A stretch of 64,000 nt of DNA from Basidiobolus meristosporus CBS 931.73 (GCA_002104905.1 MCFE01000014.1:62001-126000); one strand, 5' to 3'; counted from the stretch's first letter, positions 33,101-46,341 are shown. Numbers and translations are program-made. The notes: generated from the letters alone by a model not told the origin.

Positions 33101-36100
33101 GATCATAGATCATAGATCTTGCCATATCAATTATTGATCTGTTTGCATATTCTGCTACTCCATTTTGTTGTGGGGTGTATGGTACAGCAGTTTCTTTCTT
33201 TATCCAATGAGTCTTGCAGAAGTGGATGAAGAGTTTTGAGGTATATTCTCCACTGATGTCAGAGCGTATTTTCTTGATTTTTTCTCCAGTTTCTCCATCC
33301 ACCATGGCTATAAACTCCATGAGCTTAGACAGAGCTTCTTCCTTTCTCTCCATGCAGTAGACCCATGTGTATCTTGTATAATCATTGGTAAAGGTGATTA
33401 AATACTTCATCCCTCCTAAGGATAAATTTTGCAAAGGTCCACACAGATCTGACTGAAATAGATCTAATTTCTTCTTACTTTTGATTAACCCAGAGCTCTT
33501 GAATGGTTGTCTGGCTTGTTTCCCATATATGCAGGCTTCACAGTGCTCTAAATCAGCTGGGGGATCAATTCTTACTCCAGAAGTTAGCTGATCTTTGATG
33601 ATTTTGTTCAAATATTCAAAATGGATGTGCCCAAATCTCCTGGGCCAGGGCATTGTTGTTTGTTCATTTAAGTTACTTATACTGGCTTCCAAATATGATG
33701 GAATATAAGTCAACTTGTACAGATTCTGATCTCTGATACCCACAGCAAAATGGGCACCATTTTGATCAGTGATCTTGCATCCAAAATTGTCAAAGCTGAA
33801 ACTGAGTCCTTCTGCAGTGGCCTTGCTTATGGATAGTAGGTTATTGACTATTTTTGGTACATAAAGTACTTGTTTGAAGGTCAGTATGTGGCTTCCTTTA
33901 CTGCTTCTAGGTTTATTTGGATAGTTCCTTCTCACACTACATCAAGTGTCCTATTGTCACCCATGAAAACCTTCTTAACTGGAATTTCCTGATATTGGGT
34001 AAAAGTTCTTTTTGGCTTGTAAGGTGTTGACATGCTCCAGAGTCAATGTACCACATGAGGGAAGCCTTGTTTGTGGTCATACTTAGTGCAGATATGAATA
34101 GTCTATCTTCAGTTGTTGCAGCATTTCCATATTCAGGCTTCTTTTGCTGATTATCTCTCTTTTTGCAACACCGGTCTGATATGTGTACTTTCCTTTTGCA
34201 GTAGTTGTAAAACAGATTGCAGTGGTCTTTGTAGGGCCTTGAGTACTTCTTTTGCTGGTTATTACTGCTTATTACAGAATTTTTGTCTTCCTTCTTATTG
34301 GTGCTTGATTTTTTTATTCTTTGTCCAGGAGCCTTCCATATATGTAATTTAAGGTCGCATCTTTAGTTCTAGACTCTAGGGCTGATACAAGGCCCTGAAA
34401 CATGTCTGTTGGGCTATTCAGGATGATAACTACCACATCTTTATCAGTAGTTGGTATGCCCACAGATTCCATTTCATCTGCCAGCAGGGTAATTCTGTTA
34501 ATTAGATTTTCATTTCATCTGCTGGCAGAGTCTTTGCAGTAAAGAATTTTTGTCGCAGACAAATTTCCTTAGTAGCTGAACATGACTGGTAGGTATTTTC
34601 TAATGCCCTCCAGGCATTCTTTGCTGTTTTTGCTGTTGAGCATTGAATTAGCAATTTGGCTTTAACATCAAGGCAAATGCAGTTAAAGGTACTTTGTTCT
34701 TTGTTCTGGTACTTTAAAGCTTCCTCTCCCACATTTTTAGGAGGGCATTCTTCTCCCATGACAATATTGCAAAGGCCTCTTTCTTGTAGCAGCATCTTCT
34801 TCTTCACCTTCCACACTTGGAAGTTAGATCCATCCAACTTTTCTGCAGAGGGAAAAGTTCCAGTAATGGCAGTAGTAGACATTGCAGAAAGTGACAGCTT
34901 GGGGCTCATACCCTGTTGTAAGAGTCTTGGAGATACTGGAGGTGATTGGGAGGACAAGTAGACTATGTGATATTCACATAATGATATATTGAATATAAAA
35001 GTAGTATTTATACTTTTACATGGTCTTGGCATAAAAAGCATGTAAAATAGATTTAGGAAGGTCCCAAGAACATGTTTGCAAAGTTTGGGGCTGTTTAGAC
35101 AACCTTGAGAATTTTCATGTTTTGGGTATCTGATATTTTGGTGAAAATATTCTAAGTAAATCCCAACAAGGGATTTGGTCAGTATTCTCTAGGATTTGAA
35201 GGTAATGTTCTAAGTGACTAAGTTAAGTGAATATTTGGGTGGAATTACAAATTTTTACAACACTTGGGACCTTCCTAAGCCTATTACACATATTTGCAAT
35301 GTCAAGACCATTTAAAGTATATATGCTACTTTTGCATTCAATAAATCATGAAGTGAAACCACATAATCTACTTGTCCTCCCAATTACTTTCAATATCTCC
35401 AAGACTCTTACAGCCACTGCTGCTGTTGAAGGGTGTTTGGTACATCCTTTGCTGGCTATTATTGCCTATTAATGCATTTTCTTTTTCCTTCTTATTGGCA
35501 CTTGATTTTCTTAATTCTTAATCCAGGAGCCTTTGATACTCATAGTTGAAGGTTATATCTACTGTGTGGAATCTAGTGCTGATTCAAGGGCCTGAAGCAT
35601 GCCGATCAGGCTATTCCAAATGCTAAACATCACATCTTCATCAGTAGCTGGCAAACCTACAGATTCTATCCCATTTACCAATAGAATGAGTATGCCAAAT
35701 AGACTTTTATTTCTTCCCCTGAACACTTCCTGTTAGTGAAGAACTTCCTTCTAGAATAAATTTTCTTAGCAGCAGAGCATAACTAGTAAGTGTCTTCTAA
35801 TGCCTTCCAGTCATTCTTTGCTGTTTTTGCCCTTGGAAGTTGAATTAACAATTTGTATTTAATATTTATCCCAGTGCAGTTAAAGGCACTTTAGGGCTCC
35901 CTCTCCATCAATTTTAGGTGGGCATCCTTCTCCCATGACAACATGCCAAGTGCCTCTTTCTTATAGCAGCATCTTTATGTTACAAGTCTTGGTATAGGAG
36001 TTGTAGAGGAATAGGGAGTTTAACTAGTATTGTATTCACTAAAACTTGAACTAGACATTATTGAGAATCCAGCAGCTTCTTATATACATTTTGCCAGATC

Positions 36101-36462
36101 AATTGCTGACTAATTGTATTTCCTAATGTAGGCTGTGGCCAATGACTCATTTGATTGCATCATCATCACCCAATAAGATCCTACCTAATATATCTATTTC
36201 TGTCTGATAAGGATCTGCTGATTCATTTGCTGACTAATGTTACTGATTTGATAAGTAATACTGATATACTGATAACTTAAACAAATAACTAATTGATTTG
36301 ACTAAAAACTGATCTAACTTAAACATTCAAGCGGCATATCATAACATTCTCCCCTGTTAAAGTTGAGAGGGTTCTCCTGAATCTCTTTTCTTGTGATACC
36401 AATACCTTGATGGTTCAGTATTATCAGCAAGTCTTGCAAGCTTGAGTCTGTCCCTATGCACT

Positions 36463-39400
36463 AGACTTGTTCCATTGTACCATGCCAGAGCGCGCGGTGC
36501 ACTCCACGGTTGTAAAGAACAATTGGGCGCAATATTATAGCTACCAGAAGGCAGGATTGTTCTTGGACAATTTTGCACTATGCAGGACAATCTCACACAC
36601 TATGGCACAATCTGACACAACAAGGTTGGCACAGATCATTGTGCCAACTTGTAATGTTTGCATCACGTTCGCAATTGGATACCGCTATGATGGCAGGTAA
36701 AATCTGGTATTTGGATATGTTTCTTTAATGTAAATGGAAATAAATGTGTATCACACTATAAACTACACTGATACTTACCATTTTGGTTACCCTCACTCCA
36801 ATTGGATGGTAACTCAATGGTTAATTGGTCCAAAAGTATCATGAAGCTGGCAGCCCCCAATTGGCTCATTGACTACTAAAAAAGCTACCTGATTTGCCAT
36901 CAAATATCCCATTTTGCCCATTGATCAAGTAAATCCCTGATCCTAGTGATTGGACATGTCATAGCTAGCACACAAGCAATTGTGTAGGTGCAAAACAGAT
37001 CCAATAGCTGCACTGGTATTACAGATGACATGTATATATGCAGGGTGTTTGTTTATAGGGGTTCTGTCTCAAACATGAGACAACCTTGATATTACTTATA
37101 TCAAAAATTTGATGATCACAGATTTGCAATGGCTCGATTTGGATTACAAAATAAATGGGTTGTTGGGATCATTACAAATATGAGCAATTCAAAGTGATTG
37201 CATCATCTTCTCCTGGGTTTTTTTCTCACAGGGATTACTACTGAAGCATTTGGTAGTAACTCACTTTGCACACCTATACTACTTCCTGGCTGACTATCAT
37301 CTTGGCTACTTGTGTATTTGTAGTCGGTATTTTGCCTCCTAGTTGATGAGTGCAATACCGCAGCTTGGCCGTGCTGAATTGCTCCAACTGAACCAACTGA
37401 ACCAGCCTATAGTGAAACGTGCTGATGTGTTCTTTTACTTGCCAAGGGCTCTGGTGGTTGAGGCACTTCAAGTTAGTCGTCATCAGTCAGTTCACCAGAA
37501 GTAACTCACTGATGGTCAGGCAAAACAGTATGTGCAGGTGCACCTTGACGCGCTGAGATGGCCCTTGGCTGAGTTTGATATGATGCTGCATGTTGACACA
37601 ACTTGGTCCGCTCCAATGGACTTGTGTCTAAATGAGCAGTTTGGCAAGTTCTTGTAGTTTTGCTCTGAAGCATGCAAGTTGACTTGGTGCAGGGCGTTCT
37701 GGTAAAGGGTGTTGGCATTGTCTAGACTGACATGCGCTGGCGTGCTGTGGTTGCAAGAAATGGTAGGGAATCCAGCAAGGCGTGCTGGCGCAATCTGAAC
37801 AATGTTGCTTGTGGTCTGTATTTTTCCTCCTGAAGCGCACCATCTGATTCCTGAAGGTATTCACTTACTTTCTGTTGGATACTTTGAAGCTGTTGCCTGG
37901 ATGAATCCTGTGTATATTGCTCTTGGAAGCCACTTAGCTCTACTAATACATCACAAAGTATATTAGTCATTTGAGGCAAAAACTCATTCAAAATCTCCTT
38001 GGTTCCCAAAGTTGAGGTACAAACAGACGTGTCTGGCCCAAACTATGCAAATTGCGCACAAAATTTTTCCCGCACGGCTTCTTTGTCAAATCCCCTCACT
38101 CTTAGCTCATTCTTGATTTCAGTACTTGTCTTGTTATATATCTTCTTACATACATTGGCTGGCATCTTGATGTAGAACTCATGCCACAGCTTTCTACTCA
38201 AATTCTTCCATCTTTGTCAACTCTCTGAGGTATCTAGTTCTGCTAGATTAATCAGTAGTGCCCAAATATCTGTATGAAGGCTCATCATAGACACTTGGGC
38301 CATACTAAAATCATTTGGCAAGAACTCAAACAGATTCAACATTGACTCTTCTGGTCCGGACCGCTCTTGTGAGCTGGGGGATGGGTTTTGTCTGGGTTGT
38401 ACTAAAGATGAGTGGAGGCTTGGTATGGGGACTATAGCAACGGATTTGGATACTTATACAGCAGTATATTGGCATCAACCTGGTCTTATATGAAGTATAT
38501 ATAAAAACTAATGTGATTGCTGAATTTTCCATATATTAGGCATGATGCATCTTGGATTACGTTGATATGGATCAGATCACATCAATCACAGATTTCCTAT
38601 TTGATTATAGACCTATGATTAAAGCATCAATAAAATACCAAGGCATTGTTTGCGGATGATTTTTGCAACATAATGATGGGATACATGGCAATTGATGGAG
38701 ATTTAACCATAAAGTACTAAAAATCAGATAAATAACGCAGATTGCGCCAAATCAATTCAAACCGCCTCCATACAATCATCCACCAATTTTAATATAGCTT
38801 ACTCATCTCAATGGTCTTTTCTCATCAATCCCATCACTACCACTGGATTTCCTTTTGACACACTAGAGGAGGCCTATTCCAAGTACTGCAGACCATCAAC
38901 CCCAATCTACTCAAGGAGATCCCTTGTTAAGCTTCTCTGCTATTACAAGAACTACTGCCCCACAAGGTTTCATCCCACCATCCATGGAAACAAAAGTCCT
39001 AGAAGCTTTCATTCCCAGCTGACAGCAATGGAGAGCCACCTTGCAGAGGGTATGAATGACTTAGAGCAAGCTTGGAATACTAGGATCAGAAGCTCCAATA
39101 GACTTCCATATCCCAGAGTGTTTAGCAACAGGTTCCATATCAGGAGTATTTTGGATACCTTCCCAGTGAGGATTAACAGACCTTCTAGAGGGCAGAGGCA
39201 CTTCTATTCTGGCAAGTACAAGGCACACTGTGTGAAGTTTCAAGCACTGTCTGACATTGAGGGTAACATCATCTGGTTTAGTGGGCCATTTGCTGGAAGT
39301 AGGCATGACAAAGCACTCTGGGTAGAGAATCATCCTGAATTCAATAGAGGGGAGAAATGTATGGCAGACTTAGCCTATATAGGAGAGGATTGTCAGAGAT

Positions 39401-39860
39401 TTGGATGTATCACAGCGTATAGGAAGCCAAGGAATGGTGTGCTTAGCAGGAAGCAGAAGCTCTACAATCAGATATTTAATCATTTCAGAGTGAGGGTAGA
39501 GCACACATTTGGATATCTGAAGAGATTCAGCATATTGGCAGGTAAATACAGAGGAAAGTCATATATAGGAGAAAACAGCAGAATAGGTAAAATAGTTAAG
39601 ATACTTATTAATGCACAGTATGTTCATACAAGAAGACATCCACTGAGAGAAATGTGTCTGGAGCATTATGAAGAGTAAATACAGCAAGGAAAGCACTATT
39701 CTGAGCAACATAAGTAAGATTGAGTAAAATTATCAGAAACTGTATCATACCACTGGCATCATGGTAGAAATTATAGTGCCAGATAGTGCTGTAGAGTGCC
39801 AGATCAATCCAGCACCATAAAAGGCTGGTACTATGTGACACTATCCAACAGAACAAGTCT
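36463..39860 (+). mobile_element. Complete PHIS-superfamily (IS5/ISL2EU/Harbinger-related) DNA transposon, 3398 bp
   Basis: TIRs AGACTTGTTCCATTG / CAACAGAACAAGTCT (differences explained by CpG decay); 3-bp TSD ACT (36460-36462 / 39861-39863); the empty site GCACTAAGTC is present in the intact gypsy at ~40880. Confidence 0.88.
38713..39678 (+). CDS. DDE_Tnp_4-type transposase (frame open from 38713; first surviving ATG 39028)
   Basis: ILDTFPVRI..YSGKYKAHCVKFQ..GSRHD..ADLAYIG..RKP..YNQ..RVRVEHTFGYLKRFSIL (DDE triad spacing of IS5/ISL2EU-like transposases). Confidence 0.88.
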   Translation, partial: STKNQINNADCAKSIQTASIQSSTNFNIAYSSQWSFLINPITTTGFPFDTLEEAYSKYCRPSTPIYSRRSLVKLLCYYKNYCPTRFHPTIHGNKSPRSFHSQLTAMESHLAEGMNDLEQAWNTRIRSSNRLPYPRVFSNRFHIRSILDTFPVRINRPSRGQRHFYSGKYKAHCVKFQALSDIEGNIIWFSGPFAGSRHDKALWVENHPEFNRGEKCMADLAYIGEDCQRFGCITAYRKPRNGVLSRKQKLYNQIFNHFRVRVEHTFGYLKRFSILAGKYRGKSYIGENSRIGKIVKILINAQYVHTRRHPLREMCLEHYEE

Positions 39861-40404
39861 ACTAAGTCTTCCCAGATATTGCCTTGTTTTTCCACTAGTT
39901 GGTAAGTGGCAAATGGACATTCACCGATGATCTTGAATGGTCCTGTTCATTGCGGCTCAAACTTCTTTGAAGTGTTGTTTCTTAGCAATACAAAGTTCCC
40001 AACTGTCATTGCTTCTGGTGCTATAGTCTTATCAAATCTCTGCTTATCATTTCTGCACTTTGAGATACTTTGGTCTGAGCCTCTTGATGTCTTTGTTCCA
40101 GTTGCTGGTGTTTACTTGGCTAACTAAGTTCATCTTCTAAGGTGTCTGTAAGCTTTGGTTGTGTGAGATCTCCTGGAATCCTTGGCTCACATCCATACAC
40201 TAAGTAAAATGGTGATTGCTGGGTGGTGTTGTGTACTCTGACTCTGCATGCAAAGAGTGCTTGGTCCATATACTCATCCCATCTACTGACAACTCCATTT
40301 GCATACTTAGTAAGCATTTTTCCAGTTAATCCATTAAACCGCGCAGTGACTCCATTAGTTCTGGGGTAATATGCCAAGGTTTTCAAGTGTCTGACCTGCT
40401 GCAT

Positions 40405-43400
40405 TGTTACAAGTCTTGGTATAAGAGTTGTAGAGGAATAGGGAGTTTAGCTAGTATTGTATTCACTAAAACTTGAACTGATTTTTATTGAGGTTCCAGC
40501 AGCTCCTTATATACATTTTGCCAGATCAATTGCTGACTAATTGTATTTCCTAATGTAGGTTGTGGCTGATGACTCATTTGATTGCATCATCATCACCCAA
40601 TAAGATCCTACTTAATATATCTATTTCTGTCTGATAAGGATCTGCTGATTCATTTGCTGACTAATGCTACTGATTTCATAGATAATACTGATGTACTGAT
40701 AACCTAAACATATACTAACTGATTTGACTAAAAACTGATCTAACTTAAACATTCAAGCGGCAGATCATAACATTCTCCCCTACTAAAGTTGAGAGGGTTC
40801 TCCTGAATCTCTTTTCTTGTGATACCAATATCTTGATGGTTCAGTATTATCAGCAAGTCTTGCAAGCTTGAGTCTGTCCCTATGCACTAAGTCTTCCCGG
40901 ATATTGCCTTGTTTGTCCACCAGTTGGTAAGTTGCAAATGGACATTCTCTGATGATCTTGAATGGTCCTGTCCATTGTGGCTCAAACTTCTTCCGAGTGT
41001 TGTTTCTTAGCAATACAAAGTTCCCAACTGTCAATGCTTCTGGTGCTATAGTCTTATCAAATCTCTGCTTCATCTTTTCTGCACTTTGAGATACTTTGGT
41101 CTGTGCCTCTTGACGTCTTTGTTCCAGTTGCTGGTGTCTACTTGGCTGACTGAGTTCATCTTCTAAGGTGTCTGTAAGCTTTGGTTGTGTGAGATCTCCT
41201 GGAATCCTTGGTTCACATCCATAAACTAAGTAAAATGGTGATTGCTGGGTGGTGTTGTGTACTCTGACTCTGCATGCAAAGAGTGCTTGGTCTATATACT
41301 CATCCCATCTACTGACAACTCCATTTGCATACTTGGTCAGCATTTTTCCAAATAATCCATTAAACCGCTCAGTGACTCCATTAGTTCTGGGGTGATATGC
41401 CGAGGTTTTCAAGTGTCTGATCTGCTGCATTTCCAGGTAAGCCTCTAATGTCTTTGCCATAAAGTTTGCACCTCTATCGGATAAGATCTCCACAGGGCAT
41501 CCAAACTTCATCAGGATCTCATGGTAAATGAAACTTGCAACTTCTTGTTCACTGGCTATTGGTACAGCTTTAGCAACTGGCCATTTAGTGGCATGGTCAA
41601 TTGCTACTAGGATCCAACGGTTGCATTTCCTGGTAGTTGGCAGTCTTCCAATAAAGTCAATTCCCCATCTCTCAAATGGTCTTACAGGCTCCAAGGAGAG
41701 TTCGGCAATTCTTTGTGGCTGGCCTTGATTGATTTGGCAGTTTGGGCATGTTTTTACTAGCTTCTCAATGTCTTGTTTCATTCTGGGCCACCATGCTCTG
41801 GCTTTACAAGGCTATAGGTTCCTTCAATCCAAGATGTCCATATCCATTGTGTAGCTTATGTATTAAATCCAGGCGAGCAACATAAGGACAATAGGCAATA
41901 GGGCTTCCATCAACAATTTGTAGAGTGTTTCATTCTGTACAACAAATTTGCTGGCCTCATCACGGATTATCTTCTTGATATCTTCATCCACCTCATTAGG
42001 AATGGCTTGGTCCTCCAAGTACTTTGGTAATAGGCTGGGCCAATCTGATTCATGCACCAAGTTGAGTTGTGCAACTTGATCTAATCTTGATAAGGCATCA
42101 GCAACCATGTTGTTTTTTCCAGGACAGTAGACAATCTCCAGGTCAAATTGCTGAATGTATTCACTCCATCTTGTCATTCTTCTAGAGAGTACCTTCTGAG
42201 TAAATATATACTTGAGGGAGGCATGATCAGTCTTCAACAGTGCATTTGACTCCTTCAATATAGCATCTCAACGTCTTCAAACAGTGTATTATAGCAAGCA
42301 TCTCCTTCTCATAGACTGAATAGTTTTGTTCTGCTGAGTTCAGTTTCTTGGATTCAAAGGCAACAGGGTAGTCCTTTCCCTCTGTGTTCTTGGCTCAGCA
42401 CTCCACCAATTGCATAATCTGAAGCATCTGTGCACAGAGTGAACTCTTTTCTGAAGTCTGGTATTCTTAAGCTTGGCAGCTTAGCAAGTTCATTCTTGAG
42501 CGTCTGGAAGGCAGTCTCACAAGCTATGTCCCACTTGTAGGTATTGTTTTTCTTGAGGATATCAGTTAAAGGGACTGCAATACTTGCAAACAACTTGACA
42601 AATCTCCAATAATAGGAAACCATTCCAAGGAATGATCCGAGCTCTGATGTGCTATGGGGCTGCTTCAGATTCTTGATTATTTCTACCTTCTTGGGGTCTA
42701 AGGTTACTCCTGTGCTAGTCACCATGTGTCCCAGATATTCAATGTGTTCCTTGAAGAATTCACACTTGGGTAGCTTGCCATAAAGCTTGTTCTCTCTTAG
42801 CTTCTTCAAGACCTTTCAATGTGCACCAAGTGATCCTCTTCTGTCTTGCTGTATATCAGTATATCATCTAGGTAGATTATGACAAACTTGTCAAATTACT
42901 CCTGGAAGACAGTCTGCATCACGGTCATGAAAGTTGCAGGGGCATTGGTGAGGCCAAAACTCATGACTAAGTACTTGTAATGTCCATATCTGGGCCTGAA
43001 TGCTGTCTTAGGGATATCTTCTGGCTTCACCCTAATCTGGTTGTATGCTGACATGAGGTCAATCTTGCTGAAAATAGTGGCTCCATTAAGTTGGTCCAAA
43101 AGCTCATCAATCCGGGGTATGGGGTACTTATTCTTGCCGGTAACTGAGTTCAGGGCTCTGTAGTCAATGCACATCCTAAGTGTTCCATCCTTCTTTTTCA
43201 CAAAAAGCACTGGTGCTCCCCAAGGTGACTTGCTGGGTCTGATGTATCCTTGCTCCAATAGCTGATCAATTTGTCTCTTCATTTCCTCCAATTCCAATGG
43301 ACTCATTCCGTAAGGTGTCTTGCTCACTGGAGGGCTATCTCCTGTGTCAATGGCATGATCCACGTCTCTGACTGGTGGTAGGCTACAAGCTCATCTGGAA

Positions 43401-45304
43401 ACATGTCTGAATATTTCTTCAAGAGGGTCTGAACCTGCTGGGGTGCTGGGGTAGTGGAATCCTCCTGTGATACTGCCATGAGGAACATCTGGGTACCTTT
43501 TCTAAGTGTTCTACAGAACTGGGTCTTGCTAAATTCACTTGTCTCACACATACTGGAATTGACCAAGTTGAAATCCAGCCTGGCAGGTAATTGCTCTTGG
43601 ATTTTGTTGTCTTTTTGGATCTGAGTAGCATGGGTTCTCCAGTTGATTGATGGATTACAACAAAATAGCCAGGTCTTTCCAAGTACAAGGTCAAACTTGC
43701 AGTTCTCAAATAAATAAGCTTGTAGGTCTTCTTCATAGTCATTGATCTTCATTCTTACTGGCTGAGTAATATGGTTGATTATGTGAGAGTTCCCATCAGC
43801 TGTTGTGACTGAAGTTGATTTGGTAGGTTCCAAGTTGATTCCAGCTTTCAGAGCAAATTGCTCTGACATGTACTCATGCAATGCTCCTGAGTCAATCATG
43901 ATCTTGGCAGGTACTCCATTGATTACTTCATTCAAGTATAATAGCTTTTCTGAGTTTGAGGTCATCTGGGATAGGTATTCTTCTGTTATGTGGAAGGTGT
44001 GTTCAGAGTCTTCTTCAAGTTCATCCTCCATGTTACTATGCTCCATGGCCTTAATACGGTTAAAGGTTCTTAATGGCTGGTGTCCATTTCTTCTCTGAGG
44101 GCAGTACTTTGCAATATGTCCTTGCTGGTGGCAATTGAAGCAAAGTCCTACTTCTTATATTCTTCTGAGGTAGGATTCTTCTGCATAGCATCTATTTCCA
44201 TTGGTACTGCTTCTGACTGTCTTCTCTCATAATGCTTGTAGCCTCTCTGATTAGTCACAGTAGGCTTCCCAACTCCAAACATAGCTGAGTCATAGTCAAT
44301 GGCAATCTTGATGGCTTCTTCAATAGTCTGAGGTCTTTGATAATTCACTTCCTTGCAAGTTCTTTCTTTCAACCCATCAATAAAGTATTCAACTTGATCC
44401 AGGGGGTCCATTCTTTCAATTTGGCCAAGTAGATATCTGTACTCATAGATGTATTCTTGAACCATTTCTTTTTGTCTGAGTGTCTTTAACTTCCTTCTTA
44501 GTAGTGTCTGCTGGTGTGGAGGTTCTAAAGAATCCTGAATTTCCAACACAAACTCATCCCAGGTAGAGATTGTAGAGCATCCCATTGTAGTGGTTGACCT
44601 GATCTAGTTGTGGTACCACTGTAAAGCTGCATCTGCCAGGTAAGAAGCTGCATAATGCAACTTGCTTTCTGGAGCAATTCCTTTAGCTTTAAAAGCTTCT
44701 TCAATCTGAAAGGGCCAAGTTCCCAGGTTTTCATTGACTCTGCCATGGTACTGGTTGACCTTCACACTAAAGTTGCACTTGACAGGGCTTTGCTGGCTCT
44801 GAGCCATGGTAGTTGCTCCTTGTTGCTGTTGGGCCAGGATTTGCTGCATGGCATTCTTCCATACTTGATTGTCCAATATCTTGAGGGTGGTTTCTTCTTT
44901 CTTTAGGAGAGGGGTTTCTTGTTATTGCTGCTACCAATGTTACAAGTCTTGGTATAAGAGTTGCAGAGGAATATGGAGTTTAGCTAGTATTGTATTCACT
45001 TTAACTTGAACTGATTTTTATTGAGGTTCAGCAGCTCCTTATATATATTTTGCCAGATCAATTGCTGACTAATTGTATTTCCTAATGTAGGTTGTGGTTG
45101 ATGACTCATTTGATTGCATCATCATCACCCAATATGATCCTACTTAATATATCTATTTCTGTCAGAAAAGGATCTGCTGATTTATTTGCTGACTAATGCT
45201 ACTGATTTGATAGATAATACTGATATACTGATAACCTAAACATATACTAACTGATTTGACTAAAAACTGATCTAACTCAACCATTCAAGTGGTAGATCAT
45301 AACA
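40405..45304 (-). mobile_element. Ty3/gypsy family B, 4.9 kb, both LTRs (40405-40772, 44938-45304), degenerate, no chromodomain
   Basis: PBS TGGTAGCAG (tRNA-iMet type); gag AALQWY, CFNCHQQGHIAKYC; IDSGA; YLDDILIYS; CTDASDYAIGG; integrase WGIDFIG, SDRG, NGVTER; PPT AGTAGGGGAGAA. No TSD. Confidence 0.92.
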
Positions 45305-46341
45305 CAATCAGCTTGATTTATCTGATTTTCCATGCAATATGATCATACCTCCATCAGTTGCCATATATCCCATCAGTATCTTGCAAAATTATCCTCAAAT
45401 ATTGACTTAGTGAATTTATAAATGATCAACTCACCAGTCTATAATCTAATAGGAAGTCCATAACTGATATGACCTGATCTGTGTCCATGTGATCCAAGAT
45501 GCATCATGCATAATATATGGAAAATTCAAAAATCACATCAGTTTTCATACATATTTCACCTAAGACAAGGTTGATGTCATTATACTACTGTAAATGTATA
45601 CTAATCCAACACTATGGTCCCTATACCAAATATCAATTCATCTTTAGTACAACCCTGACCAAACTCATTCCCCTGCCCACAAGCATGGTTCAGAGTGGAA
45701 AAGTTGATGTTCAATTCATTTGAGTACTTGCCAAATGATTATAGCATGGTCTAATTGTATATGGTGAGCCTTCATACAGATATTTGTGCACTACTCCAAA
45801 ACCTAGTAGAACTGGATACCTCAGGGAATCAACAGAGATGGAAGAATCTGAGTAGAAAGTTGTGACATCAGTACTGCATCAAGAAGCCAGCAGAGGTATG
45901 TAAGAAGATAGATAACTATACAAGTATTGAAGTTAAGAATGAACAGAGAGTGATGGGTTTTGATGAGAAAGTTAAGCATGAATGATTCTGCATACAACTT
46001 GCACAGTACAGGTTAGATGTGTCTGATTGTGACTCAACTTTGGGAACTGGAGAGATTTTCAATGAGTTTTTGCTTCAAATGACTATTGAACTATGTGATT
46101 TACTAGTAGAGCTAAGAGGTGTCCAAGTGCAATGTACACAGAACTCATCAAAGCAGCAGTTCCAATGTATCAGACAGAGGGTAAGTGAATTTCTTGACAA
46201 ATCAGCAGGTGGTCTTCAAGACAAGAATGCAGACCACAAGCAGGTGCATATAGATCAAGCCAGCACACCTTGCTTGACTCCTTACCATCCCCTGTAATAC
46301 CGGTATGTTAACTCATGTCAGTCCTAACTATACCAACACCC

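Larger units (their letters stand above)
24662..35262 (-). mobile_element. Ty1/copia family C element with both LTRs (3' LTR 24662-24767 + 30691-30931; 5' LTR 34914-35262), degenerate
   Basis: 5-bp TSD CTTGG (24657-24661 / 35263-35267); gag, WYIDSG-type protease remnant, integrase (SDLCGP, ITFTNDYTRY, PQQNGVAE), RT (KARLVAK, IDVKAAFLNG, LYVDD), RNase H (ADIFTK). Confidence 0.92.
19298..35415 (+). mobile_element. Ty1/copia family C element (5' LTR 19298-19644; 3' LTR 24464-24661 + 35263-35415), degenerate, carrying nested insertions
   Basis: TG..CA LTR, decayed PBS, gag/PR/IN/RT/RH ORF fragments on plus strand 19645-24450, PPT AGCAGAGTGGGAG; 3' LTR interrupted by another copia with CTTGG duplication; diverged flanks GCTGT/ACTGC. 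Confidence 0.85.
18258..35977 (-). mobile_element. Outer, oldest copia family C element (surviving pieces 18258-19297 and 35416-35977) split by nested insertions
   Basis: Minus-strand WYIDSG protease, GAG-pre-integrase and integrase at 18258-19140; gag continues at 35416-35977 on the other side of the nested block. Confidence 0.65.
35978..40404 (-). mobile_element. Partial copy of gypsy family B (3' LTR 35978-36346 + integrase end) interrupted by a DNA transposon
   Basis: LTR matches 40405-40772; integrase C-terminus ...YWYHKKRDSGEPSQL* is split at 36462/39861. Confidence 0.85.
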
